Positions 63,056-64,000 of a stretch of DNA of 64,000 nt are shown one piece after another. Made by a program: the position numbers and the translations under genes. Every line of letters starts with the position of its first letter. Position 1 is the stretch's first letter. Source of the stretch: SAR86 cluster bacterium. Its GTDB lineage: Bacteria; Pseudomonadota; Gammaproteobacteria; Magnimaribacterales; D2472. Location of the stretch: positions 2,801 to 66,800 of the forward strand of contig SHBF01000001.1 in NCBI GenBank assembly GCA_004212975.1, in the 5' to 3' direction. The notes under the pieces were generated by a model, which worked only from the letters and a program-made list of their open reading frames with translations, was not told the origin of the DNA and searched no databases.

Positions 63056-64000
63056 ATGAAGAATTTAAAAATTATCTTTTTATCATTTTTACTTAGCCTA
63101 AATCTTAATGCTTTTGATGAATTTTTAGTAAGTGATATTAGAATAATTGGACTACAAAGAGTTTCTACAGGTAGCATCTTTAATGTTATACCTATTAGTG
63201 TTGGAGACAGAATTGATATAAGGAAGTCCAATGATATTGTTAGATATCTTTTTTCAACTGAACAATTCGATGATATTCAAATCGGTAAAGATGGAAATAC
63301 TCTTATTATTACTGTTGTTGAAAGGCCCTCAATATCATTAATTGAAATTTCTGGTAACAAAGCTCTTAAAACTGAACAGCTATTGGAAAGTCTAGATGGT
63401 GTTGGCATTAAAGAGGGAGAGGTTTATAAAAGATCAACACTTGAAAAGGTTAAGTCGGAACTTGTTAGATCATATGCTTCAAATGGAAGATACGGAGCTG
63501 ACGTAGAAATTAATGAAATTTTTAAGCCAAGGAATAGACTTGAAATTAGTATTGAAGTTGATGAGGGTAATAGCGCAAAAATTAAAAAAATTGCAATAAT
63601 TGGCAATGAAACATTTACTGATGATGAGTTGCTTGATAGTTTTGAATTATCTGAAGGCTCATTCTTTTCTTTTTTATCAAGTAATAATCAATATTCAAGA
63701 GAAAAACTTGTTGGTGATTTAGAAACTTTGGAATCATATTATAGAGATAGAGGATACTTAAAGTTTTCTATTGAATCCTCACAGATAAGTTTATCCAGAG
63801 ATAAGAAATCAATCTTTATCACCTATAACGTTAATGAAGGTGAAAAATATACTATTAATGATGTTGATGTGATTGGGGAAATACCTTTCGAAGAGGAGGT
63901 CTATATTGAAATTGTAAATAGTCTTAAGGATCAAACTTATTCTCAAGCTCAAATAACGTCAATAGAAGAATTTTTTGTTAATGTTCTCGGAAACAGAGGT
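63056..64000 (+). CDS. bamA: Outer-membrane protein assembly factor BamA, N-terminal POTRA part (continues past window end)
   Basis: My translation runs from ATG 63056 and stays open to 64000 (315 codons). MKNLKIIFLSFLLSLNLNAFDEFLVSDIRIIGLQRVSTGSIFNVIPISVGD... Follows rseP as usual. Absent from the ORF track because it is open-ended. Confidence 0.93.
   Translation, partial: MKNLKIIFLSFLLSLNLNAFDEFLVSDIRIIGLQRVSTGSIFNVIPISVGDRIDIRKSNDIVRYLFSTEQFDDIQIGKDGNTLIITVVERPSISLIEISGNKALKTEQLLESLDGVGIKEGEVYKRSTLEKVKSELVRSYASNGRYGADVEINEIFKPRNRLEISIEVDEGNSAKIKKIAIIGNETFTDDELLDSFELSEGSFFSFLSSNNQYSREKLVGDLETLESYYRDRGYLKFSIESSQISLSRDKKSIFITYNVNEGEKYTINDVDVIGEIPFEEEVYIEIVNSLKDQTYSQAQITSIEEFFVNVLGNRG

Overview
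This is a visibly AT-rich (GC not computed), very gene-dense bacterial chromosome segment with many 1-8 nt gene overlaps and almost no intergenic space. About 85% of it is core housekeeping. From roughly 8.4 to 37.8 kb the + strand carries the classical gammaproteobacterial translation/transcription super-cluster: tRNA-Tyr, tRNA-Thr, tuf, tRNA-Trp, secE-nusG, rplKAJL, rpoBC and rpsL-rpsG-fusA. A 28-gene S10-spc-alpha block follows, including an rpmJ that is too short for the ORF track. The right part holds uvrA/ssb, a crotonase plus an OYE flavoprotein, fabB-fabA-ispB, rplU-rpmA-obg, rpsT, and tmRNA (tag ANNDNYALAA) with smpB. It continues with two membrane proteins, ratA, bamE, fur, grpE-dnaK-dnaJ-dapB and rpsB-tsf-pyrH-frr-uppS-cdsA-dxr-rseP-bamA, the last open at the window end. 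Gene content and order (fabA-fabB, bamE/fur, smpB-ssrA/ratA, frr-uppS-cdsA-dxr-rseP-bamA) point to a streamlined free-living gammaproteobacterium. A SAR86-like marine lineage is only a guess. I saw no rRNA, CRISPR, transposase, integrase or phage genes. The only accessory-looking part is the left 7 kb. It is a minus-strand cluster downstream of a displaced tRNA-Thr(UGU): two tiny membrane-peptide ORFs, a Zn-type alcohol dehydrogenase and a small secreted His-rich/CxxC protein. These are followed by a TonB-dependent receptor interrupted by five His/Asp/Glu-only insertions (about 28 His), a strong terminator and a second ordinary TonB receptor open at the window start. A secreted protein made of two duplicated halves lies on the other side of the tRNA. 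The His-rich receptor module is my best candidate for something undescribed, possibly trace-metal capture, but the function is inference only. Other observations are regulatory: GC-rich discriminator promoters, an L10 leader, an rpsB leader pseudoknot and a sigma32 promoter. The rest concern streamlining: terminator-less convergent gene pairs, shortened enzymes and a missing tufA.
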